38,303 nt of DNA from a virus. Positions 25,791 to 33,922 of this stretch are shown piece after piece. Location: positions 1-38,303 of IMG/VR virus record IMGVR_UViG_3300010285_000006; one strand, 5' to 3'. Made by a program: the position numbers and the translations under genes. Each line of letters begins with the position of its first letter. Within the stretch, counting starts at the first letter, position 1. Below the pieces are notes generated by a model that did not search any database, had not been told where the DNA came from, and saw only the letters and a list, made by a program, of their open reading frames with translations.

Positions 25791-25821
25791 TTTTCACTCT
25801 ATACAATATCGTTGTAATGTG
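25791..25821 (-). repeat. 31-nt upstream element, copy D.
   Basis: ttttcactctatacaatatcgttgtaatgtg. A small hairpin (atgcgt/acgcat) lies between the element and the RBS. Confidence 0.85.
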
Positions 25822-25824
25822 TAA

Positions 25825-26124
25825 TTAATAACTAATCTTTTGTGCACAGTTAGGGCAATAATTCCAACTAACATTATGATGACACACAGGACAGGCTTGA
25901 CTACTTTTTTCAGTTTTAATCACTTTTTGAGGTATTTGCTTTTTAACAGCTTCCAGGGCAATTAACATTGCTTCTTTTTGTTCACTTGTCCAATTAGCCC
26001 ATGCCATTCCTGCCTGTATGATTTCTACAACCCTCTTGTTTTCCAAATTCCAAACCCCCTTAAAACAGTTGGAATGTTCACCAAAATCCCCATTCTCGCC
26101 TTGTAATTTCGTTATACAAGTCAT
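25825..26124 (-). CDS. Hypothetical protein with a C-terminal Zn-ribbon. The start is uncertain.
   Basis: ...ACPVCHHNVSWNYCPNCAQKISY. The annotated 5' end overlaps the upstream gene. An internal TTG after AAGGGGG is plausible. Confidence 0.45.
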   Translation of the reverse strand: MTCITKLQGENGDFGEHSNCFKGVWNLENKRVVEIIQAGMAWANWTSEQKEAMLIALEAVKKQIPQKVIKTEKSSQACPVCHHNVSWNYCPNCAQKISY

Positions 26125-26392
26125 ACAGCTTTTCGTTCCAGTCTGGGCACTCTGGGTCAGGTATAAAATTTTCCGTTACTTCACGATACTTTTCTGGTTC
26201 TATAATGAAACAAATAATGTCATCAGCAGATTTGCCATCCTTTGACCTAAGCCCCCGTTCACCGCCGTGGTCAATATCGCTATCCCTAAATGGCTCCATT
26301 AATGCATTAAGCACATCCTTATTCAATAGACCAGCGTCATAAAGAGTGATAACCTGCTGTTCCATAATCGTGTAGCCCTCATTCCATCCCAT
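26078..26392 (-). CDS. Hypothetical protein.
   Basis: ATG at 26392 follows GGAGGGAG. Copy E of the repeat lies 23 nt upstream. Confidence 0.5.
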   Translation of the reverse strand: MGWNEGYTIMEQQVITLYDAGLLNKDVLNALMEPFRDSDIDHGGERGLRSKDGKSADDIICFIIEPEKYREVTENFIPDPECPDWNEKLYDLYNEITRREWGFW

Positions 26393-26415
26393 CAAAAGCT
26401 CCCTCCTTCGTAATA

Positions 26416-26446
26416 TTTTCACTCTATACAATATTTTCAGAACATG
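26416..26446 (-). repeat. 31-nt upstream element, copy E.
   Basis: ttttcactctatacaatattttcagaacatg. The first 19 nt are identical in all five copies. Confidence 0.8.
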
Positions 26447-26594
26447 TACTATCTCCACTCAGCTATAGCCACTAACCGACCAGGAGACATTTCGCATTTG
26501 CGTTCATGTACTGGTACCAATATCGCCTTAGGTTGCTTTATTTTTAACCTTTTTATCTTTGGTCTTGGTCTTGCATTCTGATTCTTCCTAGGTA

Positions 26595-27119
26595 TTACGA
26601 TACCTCCTCGCTTCTGCCTTGTACCAGCTCTATAAATTCTTGATATGGCATTATTACTATCCAACCATCCTTGTCCCCGTCTTCCCTGAAAAATATGTAG
26701 TTGCTATTGTCATCTTCATCCATCCATTTTTGTATTGTCTTCATTCCTGACTTTCTACGCTTAACTTCTATTCTCTTACCATTTGATAGGACTACATCAC
26801 AACTGTATTTTTCACTTTTGAGTGCTCCTGATAATGGTACTCTCTCTGCATCTATTCCAAACTTCTTCAGGAGTTCTACAACTTCTCTTTCTCCATCATA
26901 ACCCTTTCTCTTTGACCTCTTACCTATCTTGCTTGCATTGCTTTCTTTTTTCATCTTCTTCGCCAATTTTCTTTCCTCTCTTTCCCGGACCTGTCTTTTG
27001 CACAGGATTCTTTTATCTTCCGGCCAATACAGACTATAGTCATTGCAGCACCAGCACTTATCATGCTCGTAACTTTTACAGTTTTCAATTACCTCACATT
27101 CTTTCACTGCTTTCACCAA
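26595..27119 (-). CDS. Hjc-like PD-(D/E)XK Holliday-junction resolvase with a Cys-rich N-terminal extension.
   Basis: GYDGEREVVELLKKFGIDAERVPLSG...DVVLSNGKRIEVKRRK. Confidence 0.6.
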   Translation of the reverse strand: MVKAVKECEVIENCKSYEHDKCWCCNDYSLYWPEDKRILCKRQVREREERKLAKKMKKESNASKIGKRSKRKGYDGEREVVELLKKFGIDAERVPLSGALKSEKYSCDVVLSNGKRIEVKRRKSGMKTIQKWMDEDDNSNYIFFREDGDKDGWIVIMPYQEFIELVQGRSEEVS

Positions 27120-27121
27120 CC

Positions 27122-27949
27122 TTAAATAATACTTAACTGCTCAATAATACTTGGTTTATAATTCATAAGTATCAATTCAGTACGAATTGGACATTTCTCT
27201 CCGTCCTCTCTTACTTGTATCTGGCTGGATGTTCTGTATTCAACTCTATGCCAATCAGAATAAAGTTCATCGATAAGAGCATTAGGATAATAACATACCA
27301 TTGCTTTTCCCTTAATTTTGTCTAATCGTTTTCTAAGTCTAATATGATCTTCTCTATTAAAACCTCCGGCATATATATCTTCATAGCCTACATATGGAGG
27401 ATCTAAGAAAAATAAAGTATTCTTAGTATCGTAAAAATCTATAATCTCTTCAAAATCTCTGCAGAGTATATGCCATTTTTTAATTAACTGCTCCATAGTA
27501 TGCATTAACTCAACTGAATTTCTATATGTCTTTGCTTTGTTCTGAGTTTTAGAGAGTCCAAGACCATTTTTATATTTGTGTCCACCTCCTGAGAATGTTA
27601 AGCGCATTATATAGAAAAATCTAACTGCTCTATCTATCGGGTCCTCAGGTTCAGTTTCCCATTTAAACTTCTCGTATAGTCTTTCAGAATATGGTAGAGC
27701 TTCGCAGCGTTTATATAGTTCATCTTTATTTCTCTGAAGGACCTGAAGATAATTAATTAGCTTATCATTTTTATCATTTGCTATTGTGATAGAGGCTGGG
27801 TTCACTATTTCTTTATAAAATGTAACTGCACCACTTCCAAAGAAACAATCTGCAAATATCCTATGTTCAGGCATAAGCTCAATGTATCGTTCTTCTTTTC
27901 CGTGCTTACCACCAATCCATTTGATGTTACTGAGGTTTTTTAGCTTCAT
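27122..27949 (-). CDS. Orphan N6-adenine DNA methyltransferase (D12/Dam class).
   Basis: CFFGSGAVTF (motif I) and FFLDPPYVGY (DPPY motif). No restriction partner is present. Confidence 0.8.
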   Translation of the reverse strand: MKLKNLSNIKWIGGKHGKEERYIELMPEHRIFADCFFGSGAVTFYKEIVNPASITIANDKNDKLINYLQVLQRNKDELYKRCEALPYSERLYEKFKWETEPEDPIDRAVRFFYIMRLTFSGGGHKYKNGLGLSKTQNKAKTYRNSVELMHTMEQLIKKWHILCRDFEEIIDFYDTKNTLFFLDPPYVGYEDIYAGGFNREDHIRLRKRLDKIKGKAMVCYYPNALIDELYSDWHRVEYRTSSQIQVREDGEKCPIRTELILMNYKPSIIEQLSII

Positions 27950-28167
27950 CAGGACCCCACCGCCTTTTTAAGAAGCTCTACACAATCTAGCTTTCTGGCT
28001 GCTTCCCATATTGCATGTACATATTCCATATCCCTTTCCTCGATGTACTCATGTGCCAGTTTTATCACTTCATCAAGCATATTTTGTGCATTGCTGCATG
28101 GAATTCCACAACAAACATTACTTGTGTTGCTCTGGCATCCTGTTTTATCGCATTTAATTAAGTTCAT
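27949..28167 (-). CDS. Hypothetical Cys-rich protein.
   Basis: ATG at 28167 follows GAGGGGG. Confidence 0.45.
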   Translation of the reverse strand: MNLIKCDKTGCQSNTSNVCCGIPCSNAQNMLDEVIKLAHEYIEERDMEYVHAIWEAARKLDCVELLKKAVGS

Positions 28168-28391
28168 GAACATGCCCCCTCTTTTTCCACTTTTTCTTTA
28201 ATCTCTCTAACTAACTTTGCTAGTTCCCACTCAGGACTACCCCAGGCATTTGGATTATATTTCAGCCCCAAGCCTTCGCATATATCTTGCCGTACCATTT
28301 CTATCAGACTTTCATGTGGAACATCTAAAAAACCAGTTCCTTTGCAATCGGCCAGATCCTCAGCAAGTTCGTTGTGTTCCCACTTTTTCAC
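28164..28391 (-). CDS. Hypothetical protein.
   Basis: 75 aa with a GTG start after AGGGGGTG. Confidence 0.45.
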   Translation of the reverse strand: MKKWEHNELAEDLADCKGTGFLDVPHESLIEMVRQDICEGLGLKYNPNAWGSPEWELAKLVREIKEKVEKEGACS

Positions 28392-28402
28392 AACTACACC
28401 CC

Positions 28403-28654
28403 CTAGATAACTCTTTTCTTCCTATAATCCTCTATTCTCCTATAGGTTTGACTCTCGCTCAATCCGTAACACTTACCTATAGCTTTATAGGTCATGCCGC
28501 TATCCCGCATTTTTAGCATATCTAATATGTCTCCATCGGTTAATTTTGTGTATTTATGCGATTTATTCTCAAGCTTTCGGAATGCTTGTTCCGGTGTCAT
28601 GTTTTGAAATATGCTAAGAAGTAGAGCTGTAAGTCCGTAATCGTCTACATACAT
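28403..28654 (-). CDS. Small HTH DNA-binding protein.
   Basis: SGMTYKAIGKCYGLSESQTYRRI is a helix-turn-helix. Confidence 0.5.
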   Translation of the reverse strand: MYVDDYGLTALLLSIFQNMTPEQAFRKLENKSHKYTKLTDGDILDMLKMRDSGMTYKAIGKCYGLSESQTYRRIEDYRKKRVI

Positions 28655-28670
28655 AACTCTTCCTCCTCAC

Positions 28671-29000
28671 TTATTGGCCTTTCCGTTCTGCTTCCATCAA
28701 CCCTTCTAAAATGCCAATGTTGATTTTGCAGCTATATATTTTCTGTAAACATGTCTCCCACATAGTCTCTGCTATATCCCTCTTCATCTTCAGATCCGCA
28801 ATTTCTTCTTTCCCCCGGCAGACATCACTGATGATGGTCACTGGCATACCTGCATCCCTCTGGATAAGAATTTCTTTTGCCAAAGCTACTCTATAATTTC
28901 GTTCTGCCTCAGCTTTCTCTTTGCCCCTTGTTACCAGTGCGGATATAGCTCTATCCAGTGTTTTTCTCTGCCTGTTTAGTTCATTGAGTAGATCCTGCAT
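28671..29000 (-). CDS. Hypothetical protein.
   Basis: 109-aa ORF in the replication module. Confidence 0.45.
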   Translation of the reverse strand: MQDLLNELNRQRKTLDRAISALVTRGKEKAEAERNYRVALAKEILIQRDAGMPVTIISDVCRGKEEIADLKMKRDIAETMWETCLQKIYSCKINIGILEGLMEAERKGQ

Positions 29001-29003
29001 ATA

Positions 29004-29534
29004 TCATTTCCTACCCCCTTCTATCAACCGAAGACCAAATTTCTTGCTAAGCTGCTTGATTTCATCCTGCATAGCCGGCGGCAAAAGCTTTTTTTCTTGC
29101 TCCCGATTGGCAATCTGCTCATACATTTTTAAAAATTGACCTCGCACAACTCCTGTATCTTTATCTTCGCTCATACATATCTCTCTCCAGCCCATATATC
29201 TAACTACCTGAGCTGTAGTAGGTGACATGCTTGCCAAGGCTTCGCCTTCTCGGTAATAGCCATAATTCCTAATTGCACTAGTGACTTCTCCCCAAGCCTC
29301 AGAACTTGTCAAGTTTTCCGGATTAGTTAATTCAGCAGCTGCCTTCCTCACCTCGGCAATAGCCGGTGGAAATGTATTCTGCATAATCAGTTTTTTAACT
29401 GCCATGTTAGCCACTGCATAGTCTAGATCTCCAAGCATTTCATGCCATACCTGAACCTTTAAGTCATCAACTTCAAACTTGGGATAAGCTGCAGCAAGCA
29501 CCGCCAGAATTTTAGCTACTTCACCTTTAGTCAA
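29004..29534 (-). CDS. G39P-like replicative helicase loader or inhibitor.
   Basis: VAKILAVLAAAYPKFEV...VWHEMLGDLDY...FPPAIAEV resembles the SPP1 G39P family (from memory). Confidence 0.55.
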   Translation of the reverse strand: MTKGEVAKILAVLAAAYPKFEVDDLKVQVWHEMLGDLDYAVANMAVKKLIMQNTFPPAIAEVRKAAAELTNPENLTSSEAWGEVTSAIRNYGYYREGEALASMSPTTAQVVRYMGWREICMSEDKDTGVVRGQFLKMYEQIANREQEKKLLPPAMQDEIKQLSKKFGLRLIEGGRK

Positions 29535-29536
29535 GG

Positions 29537-30529
29537 TTAATCACCTTCCTGTGCATATTTTTCTACCAGTCGTAGTGCATTGGCCACGTTTTTGGACATA
29601 GTGGGATGTCCTCTATTCTTCGAGGTGCTTCGTCGCATTTGGTTTTCAAGTTGGACACACTTCTCCCTTAGTTTGCTGGCAGAAAGGATATTTGCTCGCC
29701 AGAATTCGTCGTCTTGGGAAAAATCTATTAATTGCCGGATTTCAGACCAACTATAGCCTTGGTTTCCTCCTGGCGGGCCAATACGATTTAATCGGTCCAT
29801 CTCTTCCGACCATTTTTGCATGAGCTTATCTTTAGGATCATCAGTTGGCACCCTAGCCCTTGGATTGTTTGTAAGAATACGATTACGCAAATACACTGCG
29901 GCCAGATAAGCTGGACTGTTTTCGGTATACTTTTGCTCTTCCTCGTTGCCATCTTCATGGTTGTCAAACTGCTGGGATTCTTGCGGTGTGTCCGGACTTT
30001 GTTCGGACGAAGATATATTCTCCGAAGGTGAAGGTGAAGGTGAAGGTGAAGGTGAAGGTATGCAATTGCACTCATTTGCACTATCTTGCGCGCAAGTGCG
30101 TGCATTTGCGTGCTGATTATTCCCTGTAGACGCTTCTGCACTATATTCCGCGCTTTCCCATGGTGGATTAGGCGGAGGAGGACAGTTAGAGCTGTCAATC
30201 TCACGCTTATTACCACGGATATAAGTTTGATATTTGTAATACTTTTCAGGTTCTATGGCTATATATTCCTTGCCATCAACTTCGTATTTATGTACTATTC
30301 CATATTTGTTATATAAATTTATTGCTTCATCTATATCTTTAGGCGTATATGGAAATGCCGGAAAAATACTCAATTTGATTTTCACCGACACTGCCTCCAT
30401 TCGCCCCCAATCATCAAATCCTGTGATGAACCATGGCCACATTAAAGCAGCTACAGGATTTTCTACCGCAATACTGGCAATTCGTTCATCTATACTCATG
30501 TCACTTGTTATAAATCTTTTCCTCGCCAT
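29537..30529 (-). CDS. Replication initiator or replisome organiser with an internal (PS)6 linker.
   Basis: 330 aa. N-terminal winged-helix-like region, then a low-complexity linker encoded by (gaaggt)6 at 30024..30059. The C-terminal ...DDEFWRANILSASKLREK is typical of phage replication proteins. Confidence 0.5.
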   Translation of the reverse strand: MARKRFITSDMSIDERIASIAVENPVAALMWPWFITGFDDWGRMEAVSVKIKLSIFPAFPYTPKDIDEAINLYNKYGIVHKYEVDGKEYIAIEPEKYYKYQTYIRGNKREIDSSNCPPPPNPPWESAEYSAEASTGNNQHANARTCAQDSANECNCIPSPSPSPSPSPSENISSSEQSPDTPQESQQFDNHEDGNEEEQKYTENSPAYLAAVYLRNRILTNNPRARVPTDDPKDKLMQKWSEEMDRLNRIGPPGGNQGYSWSEIRQLIDFSQDDEFWRANILSASKLREKCVQLENQMRRSTSKNRGHPTMSKNVANALRLVEKYAQEGD

Positions 30530-30696
30530 TCCGACCCCTCCACCTTCACAATTTCATATATCTTTCTACTTGTATAACAGAGTTTTGCTATCTTTTCCGC
30601 TTCTTCATAGGATTCAAATTTATAAACTCTACCATCAGAACATCTTACGTGTTTACCTGAATGTTTTAATTTTATGGCATACTTTGTTTTTGACAT
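30508..30696 (-). CDS. Hypothetical protein.
   Basis: 62-aa ORF. Confidence 0.4.
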   Translation of the reverse strand: MSKTKYAIKLKHSGKHVRCSDGRVYKFESYEEAEKIAKLCYTSRKIYEIVKVEGSEWRGKDL

Positions 30697-30779
30697 TATC
30701 CCGCCTCACATTTCGCACTGGACATCAATCTTGGATTTCTACTCTCAAGTAGTAGGCAGGCTGTTAACCTGCCTATATT

Positions 30780-31724
30780 TTATTTCCAGGGCAGACCGTC
30801 CTCTTCGTCTGGATCTATTTCAAAATCAGCTGGGTCCATATCTACTTCTGATTGTTTTTGCTCTGATGCCGGCTTATCCTTTTTGCCTTTAGTAGTAGTA
30901 GACTTTTTATTATTCGCTTCTGTCGCATTATCTTCAGCACTTAGTAGCTCAAAGCATGCCTTTCTCATGACTGGATCATTAGCTTTTTGAGACAGCCATT
31001 CTATATAGCTCCTGTCTTCTTTCATGATCTCTCCTAAGGTTTTCCCCTTATGTTTGCTGCCAAATGTAACTTTAATATTCTTTGCGTCAACTTCTGACAT
31101 ATTGTCTATCTGTTCATTTTGCAGAAATTCCCTCATATCTTCGATATCCTGAGTAAAGACTTCACTTAATGATGCAACTGTCAAAACTGCATCTATCTGA
31201 GCTCTTTTTTTCGCCATCTTGAGTACTGTATTTGCTAAGGTATACGGGTCATCATTTTCTATCTTGTATTCCGTATATGGTCCATATTTACCCTCAATAG
31301 TCCTAGATACCAAAGTCTCTTTTACTACTCCATCAGGCAGTTTCTTTTCTGGTACCCATCTCCAACGGTACCTTCCCTCCATAGTATTTGCTTGACCAAC
31401 ACCCTCTGTGATTTTCTGGCCATTCTTAGAAAGGACACATTTTAGAGTATAGGCAAAGAAGCCTTTCTCAAAGTCCTCAACTCTATCTAGGAATTCATAT
31501 TCAGAAGTTAATCCGAACATCATAAGTATCTTTTCCGCTCCAGGCTTCAAGAGTGTAGGCTTTACCGTCCCAGGGATAACCCCAAAGTCATGATCCTTTT
31601 TCAATGTACCTTGCACCACTGCTTGAAGCTGAGTTATTTTTTGCATTGTCTTTTGAATGCCAGTAATATCAACTTGCTCAATTATACTTAATGTTGCTGC
31701 TTGATAATTTGTTAATTCTTCCAT
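30780..31724 (-). CDS. Putative recombination or ssDNA-annealing protein with an ExoX-C-like motif and an SSB-like acidic tail.
   Basis: KPTLLKPGAEKILMMFGL; FGSKHKGKTLGEIMKEDRSYIEWL; C-terminal DPDEEDGLPWK. It sits next to the Gam-like gene. The family is not securely recognised. Confidence 0.4.
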   Translation of the reverse strand: MEELTNYQAATLSIIEQVDITGIQKTMQKITQLQAVVQGTLKKDHDFGVIPGTVKPTLLKPGAEKILMMFGLTSEYEFLDRVEDFEKGFFAYTLKCVLSKNGQKITEGVGQANTMEGRYRWRWVPEKKLPDGVVKETLVSRTIEGKYGPYTEYKIENDDPYTLANTVLKMAKKRAQIDAVLTVASLSEVFTQDIEDMREFLQNEQIDNMSEVDAKNIKVTFGSKHKGKTLGEIMKEDRSYIEWLSQKANDPVMRKACFELLSAEDNATEANNKKSTTTKGKKDKPASEQKQSEVDMDPADFEIDPDEEDGLPWK

Positions 31725-31727
31725 TTG

Positions 31728-32303
31728 CTACACCTCCACAATAAATTCTTCAGGCTTTTCATGTATTCCTAAGCCCTCTATGCTGAGTATTTCGCCTGTC
31801 TCTTTATTGACTATGGATCTCTCTTTTGTTTTTATGTCTTCTCTAATCTCTAAAACCTTCTTAAATTCAGCCCACTTAAATTCTTTTACAATCTTTATAT
31901 AATCGTCCAAGCTTTGGTTTTCTGCGTAATCTAGTAGTTTATCTTTGTCATATTCAAATGTAACAGTAGATTTCTTAAGTTTTAATACACCGCTCGGCAG
32001 CTTATAAGACCTTTGTGTCTTTGTGTCTTTTGCATTTGCCTTAACCTTTTCAAAATACTCTCTTAGCTTGCCTTCAAAGAATCCAGTCTCCCTCTCCATC
32101 TTCTCTTTTTCTCTCTTTAGTGCCATTTCTATTTGGAATATTTTCTCTTTAGCAACCATTTCAAATCTGTTATATTCTGCTTTGCACTCTCGGATTTTAT
32201 CTAAACACCAATCTGCCTCTACATCGTCTTTTACTTTCCAGACTTCCTTCTCTTCCTCTTTTATATTTAGGAATTCATTTATCAGATCCAATGCATTCAT
32301 CAT
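31728..32303 (-). CDS. Mu Gam-like host-nuclease inhibitor family protein.
   Basis: 191 aa. A coiled N-terminal half is followed by ...RSYKLPSGVLKLKK. Architecture typical of Firmicute phage Gam-like proteins. Confidence 0.5.
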   Translation of the reverse strand: MMNALDLINEFLNIKEEEKEVWKVKDDVEADWCLDKIRECKAEYNRFEMVAKEKIFQIEMALKREKEKMERETGFFEGKLREYFEKVKANAKDTKTQRSYKLPSGVLKLKKSTVTFEYDKDKLLDYAENQSLDDYIKIVKEFKWAEFKKVLEIREDIKTKERSIVNKETGEILSIEGLGIHEKPEEFIVEV

Positions 32304-32476
32304 GCTATCTTCTCCTCTCTCATTCTTAAGTTTTTTATTTCATTCCTGAGTTTTTCGTTCTCTTTTTCAAGCTCTTCATTAACTGCTTCCAGTGTTTCTA
32401 CTCTTGACATGACTTCTTTAAGCAACCCTAAGATATCATCTTGATCCAGATATGTTTTACTGCAGTAGATTTTCAT
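32300..32476 (-). CDS. Small coiled-coil protein.
   Basis: ATG at 32476 follows AGGGGGTATAGG. LEAVNEELEKENEKLRNEIKNL. Confidence 0.45.
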   Translation of the reverse strand: MKIYCSKTYLDQDDILGLLKEVMSRVETLEAVNEELEKENEKLRNEIKNLRMREEKIA

Positions 32477-32729
32477 TTTTCCTATACCCCCTATGCTTTG
32501 CCTTGGTTGCCATGCCACCCCTTATATGTCTCTCTGCTTTGTTTGTGTCAATGATTTGCTTAACCTGATGTGCCATATATGGATTAATTTTAGGTAGTCT
32601 TTCGGTTAAATCCTTATGAATTGTACTCTTACTTGCTCCGAATATTTTTGCTGTATCTCTGATTGTAGTCCTGCTGCTTATAATATACTTTGCTGATTCT
32701 ATGACTCTTTCTTCTATCCAATCATTCAT
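32457..32729 (-). CDS. spoIIID: SpoIIID-like transcriptional regulator (homologue of stage III sporulation protein D).
   Basis: 90 aa. ...AKIFGASKSTIHKDLTERLPKINP...VKQIIDTNKAERHIRGGMATK aligns along its full length with B. subtilis SpoIIID as I recall it (...AKEFGVSKSTVHKDLTERLPEINP...RHLRGGEATK). Confidence 0.8.
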   Translation of the reverse strand: MNDWIEERVIESAKYIISSRTTIRDTAKIFGASKSTIHKDLTERLPKINPYMAHQVKQIIDTNKAERHIRGGMATKAKHRGYRKNENLLQ

Positions 32730-32760
32730 AACTGTATAACCTCCTCACTTCTTTGCTCTT

Positions 32761-32850
32761 GGTTCTGAAACAAGCGCTCTTGAACCCCATTCAAGAGTCC
32801 TTTCAAGCGGTTCTAGTACACTCTTCCGTCACCGCCCTATTGATTTAAAA
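32761..32850 (-). other. Structured, relatively G+C-rich segment in the roughly 195-nt region upstream of the SpoIIID-like gene. It could be a leader or a cis-antisense RNA.
   Basis: Perfect 8-bp hairpin ctcttgaa/ttcaagag (32777..32797). Its 3' arm can alternatively pair with actctt (32820..32825). A further gcggt/accgc stem is present. Confidence 0.35.
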
Positions 32851-32901
32851 AGCAATCTTATGCTATACTTGAGGTACGAACATTTGTTTAAACATTATCT
32901 T

Positions 32902-32930
32902 GGCTGCTTATATGGCAGCTCTTTTTTATT
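32902..32930 (+). terminator. Plus-strand-oriented intrinsic terminator-like hairpin inside the minus-strand early operon.
   Basis: ggctgc-ttatatg-gcagct followed by cttttttatt. Confidence 0.4.
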
Positions 32931-33090
32931 GGCATTTTGCATATTTGATTATCCTTTGGCTATTAGTTAATCTGTGTACTATGTGCATCTCTGTACTTGT
33001 GTGTTTTGTAACAAGCCAATTATCTGGATTTAATCTCCATTTAGATATGAGCTTTTTCTGTGCTACTGTAGGTCTTTTGCCATGTTTCAT
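32926..33090 (-). CDS. Small conserved phage/ICE protein (DUF6906-like).
   Basis: ATG at 33090 follows GAGGAGG. MKHGKRPTVAQKKLISKWRLNPDNWLV. Confidence 0.45.
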   Translation of the reverse strand: MKHGKRPTVAQKKLISKWRLNPDNWLVTKHTSTEMHIVHRLTNSQRIIKYAKCQ

Positions 33091-33118
33091 ATATCCAACC
33101 TCCTCAACATGTCCCATA

Positions 33119-33553
33119 TCACCTTGAAAAAATAACTGCCAATGCAGCTCCTGCCATCTCATAAATCTCTTTTGTTATATTTCTCCATATTGGCTCCTCA
33201 TGGTCATGGATTACTCCATCGCAAGCTATATCAATCATGTCTCTATTTACATTATCCAGGTCGCTAACTTCCTTCTGGAGCCTGAGGACAGACTTTGCTA
33301 AATCTGTGCATTCAATATCTGGTAAATACTTTTGTCCTACTAATGTAGATTGCTTTAAGTGCTGGTACCCTAACCATTCTGTTCCATATACTTCAATCAT
33401 GTTGCATACTATGTCATCAGCTGGAACTGTTTTACCTGATTCATAATCACATAAAGACCTAGGGCTAATGTGTAATAACTCGGCTGCTTGTTGTTGTGTT
33501 AAGTTCGCACCTTTTCTGGCATTCTGATATATGTTTTCGCAGCACCTACTCAT
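33119..33553 (-). CDS. XRE-family HTH regulator.
   Basis: ANLTQQQAAELLHISPRSLCDYESGK. ATG follows GGGAGGTGA. Confidence 0.7.
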   Translation of the reverse strand: MSRCCENIYQNARKGANLTQQQAAELLHISPRSLCDYESGKTVPADDIVCNMIEVYGTEWLGYQHLKQSTLVGQKYLPDIECTDLAKSVLRLQKEVSDLDNVNRDMIDIACDGVIHDHEEPIWRNITKEIYEMAGAALAVIFSR

Positions 33554-33685
33554 TCAATATTCACCTCCCCTCTGATATGATGAAGGTAAAGCAAATCATA
33601 TGTAGTCATTTCTATATAGCCTCATCTTTCGTCATGTCTTGTCTTGGGAGCGTCCTTTGCTCCCGGTTGACTTGTTATCGTTGAA

Positions 33686-33910
33686 TTACGCAATATCTAA
33701 TTCAAGATACTTACAGAGACATGAATAACAATCTGCTTCAAATTCCTCACATAAGATTGACATAGTTTCTTTATTAATAATTTTAAATTCATCATTCATA
33801 TCACAAGGTATACACCTGTATGCATACATCCAATCACGCACTTTTTCTAAAGTATCAAGCTTATAGTTTTGCTTTTCAGCTTCAATCTTTATCTTTTCCC
33901 ATACCTTCAT
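33686..33910 (-). CDS. Hypothetical protein.
   Basis: 74-aa ORF with an RBS. Confidence 0.45.
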   Translation of the reverse strand: MKVWEKIKIEAEKQNYKLDTLEKVRDWMYAYRCIPCDMNDEFKIINKETMSILCEEFEADCYSCLCKYLELDIA

Positions 33911-33922
33911 AGAATCACTTCC

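Noticed and set aside
23719-26446. Could the five 31-nt direct repeats be a CRISPR array?
   Set aside because: Their spacing is irregular (about 155 to 1,500 bp). The intervening DNA holds complete ORFs with RBSs. The repeats are not palindromic, and no cas genes exist in the closed genome.
26449-26664. A 71-aa highly basic ORF between the resolvase and 26078..26392 genes.
   Set aside because: Its 5' third overlaps the resolvase CDS and I could find no convincing RBS or start. A shorter real gene in 26449..26594 cannot be excluded, so it was left uncalled.
30024-30059. A perfect (gaaggt)6 hexanucleotide tandem repeat.
   Set aside because: It lies inside the replication-organiser CDS and simply encodes a (Pro-Ser)6 linker on the minus strand. 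It may vary in length but is not a separate element.
29788-30216. A 142-aa minus-strand ORF overlapping the replication-organiser gene in another frame.
   Set aside because: It contains the repeat-derived HLHLHLHLHL run, has no RBS, and is nested in a better-supported CDS.
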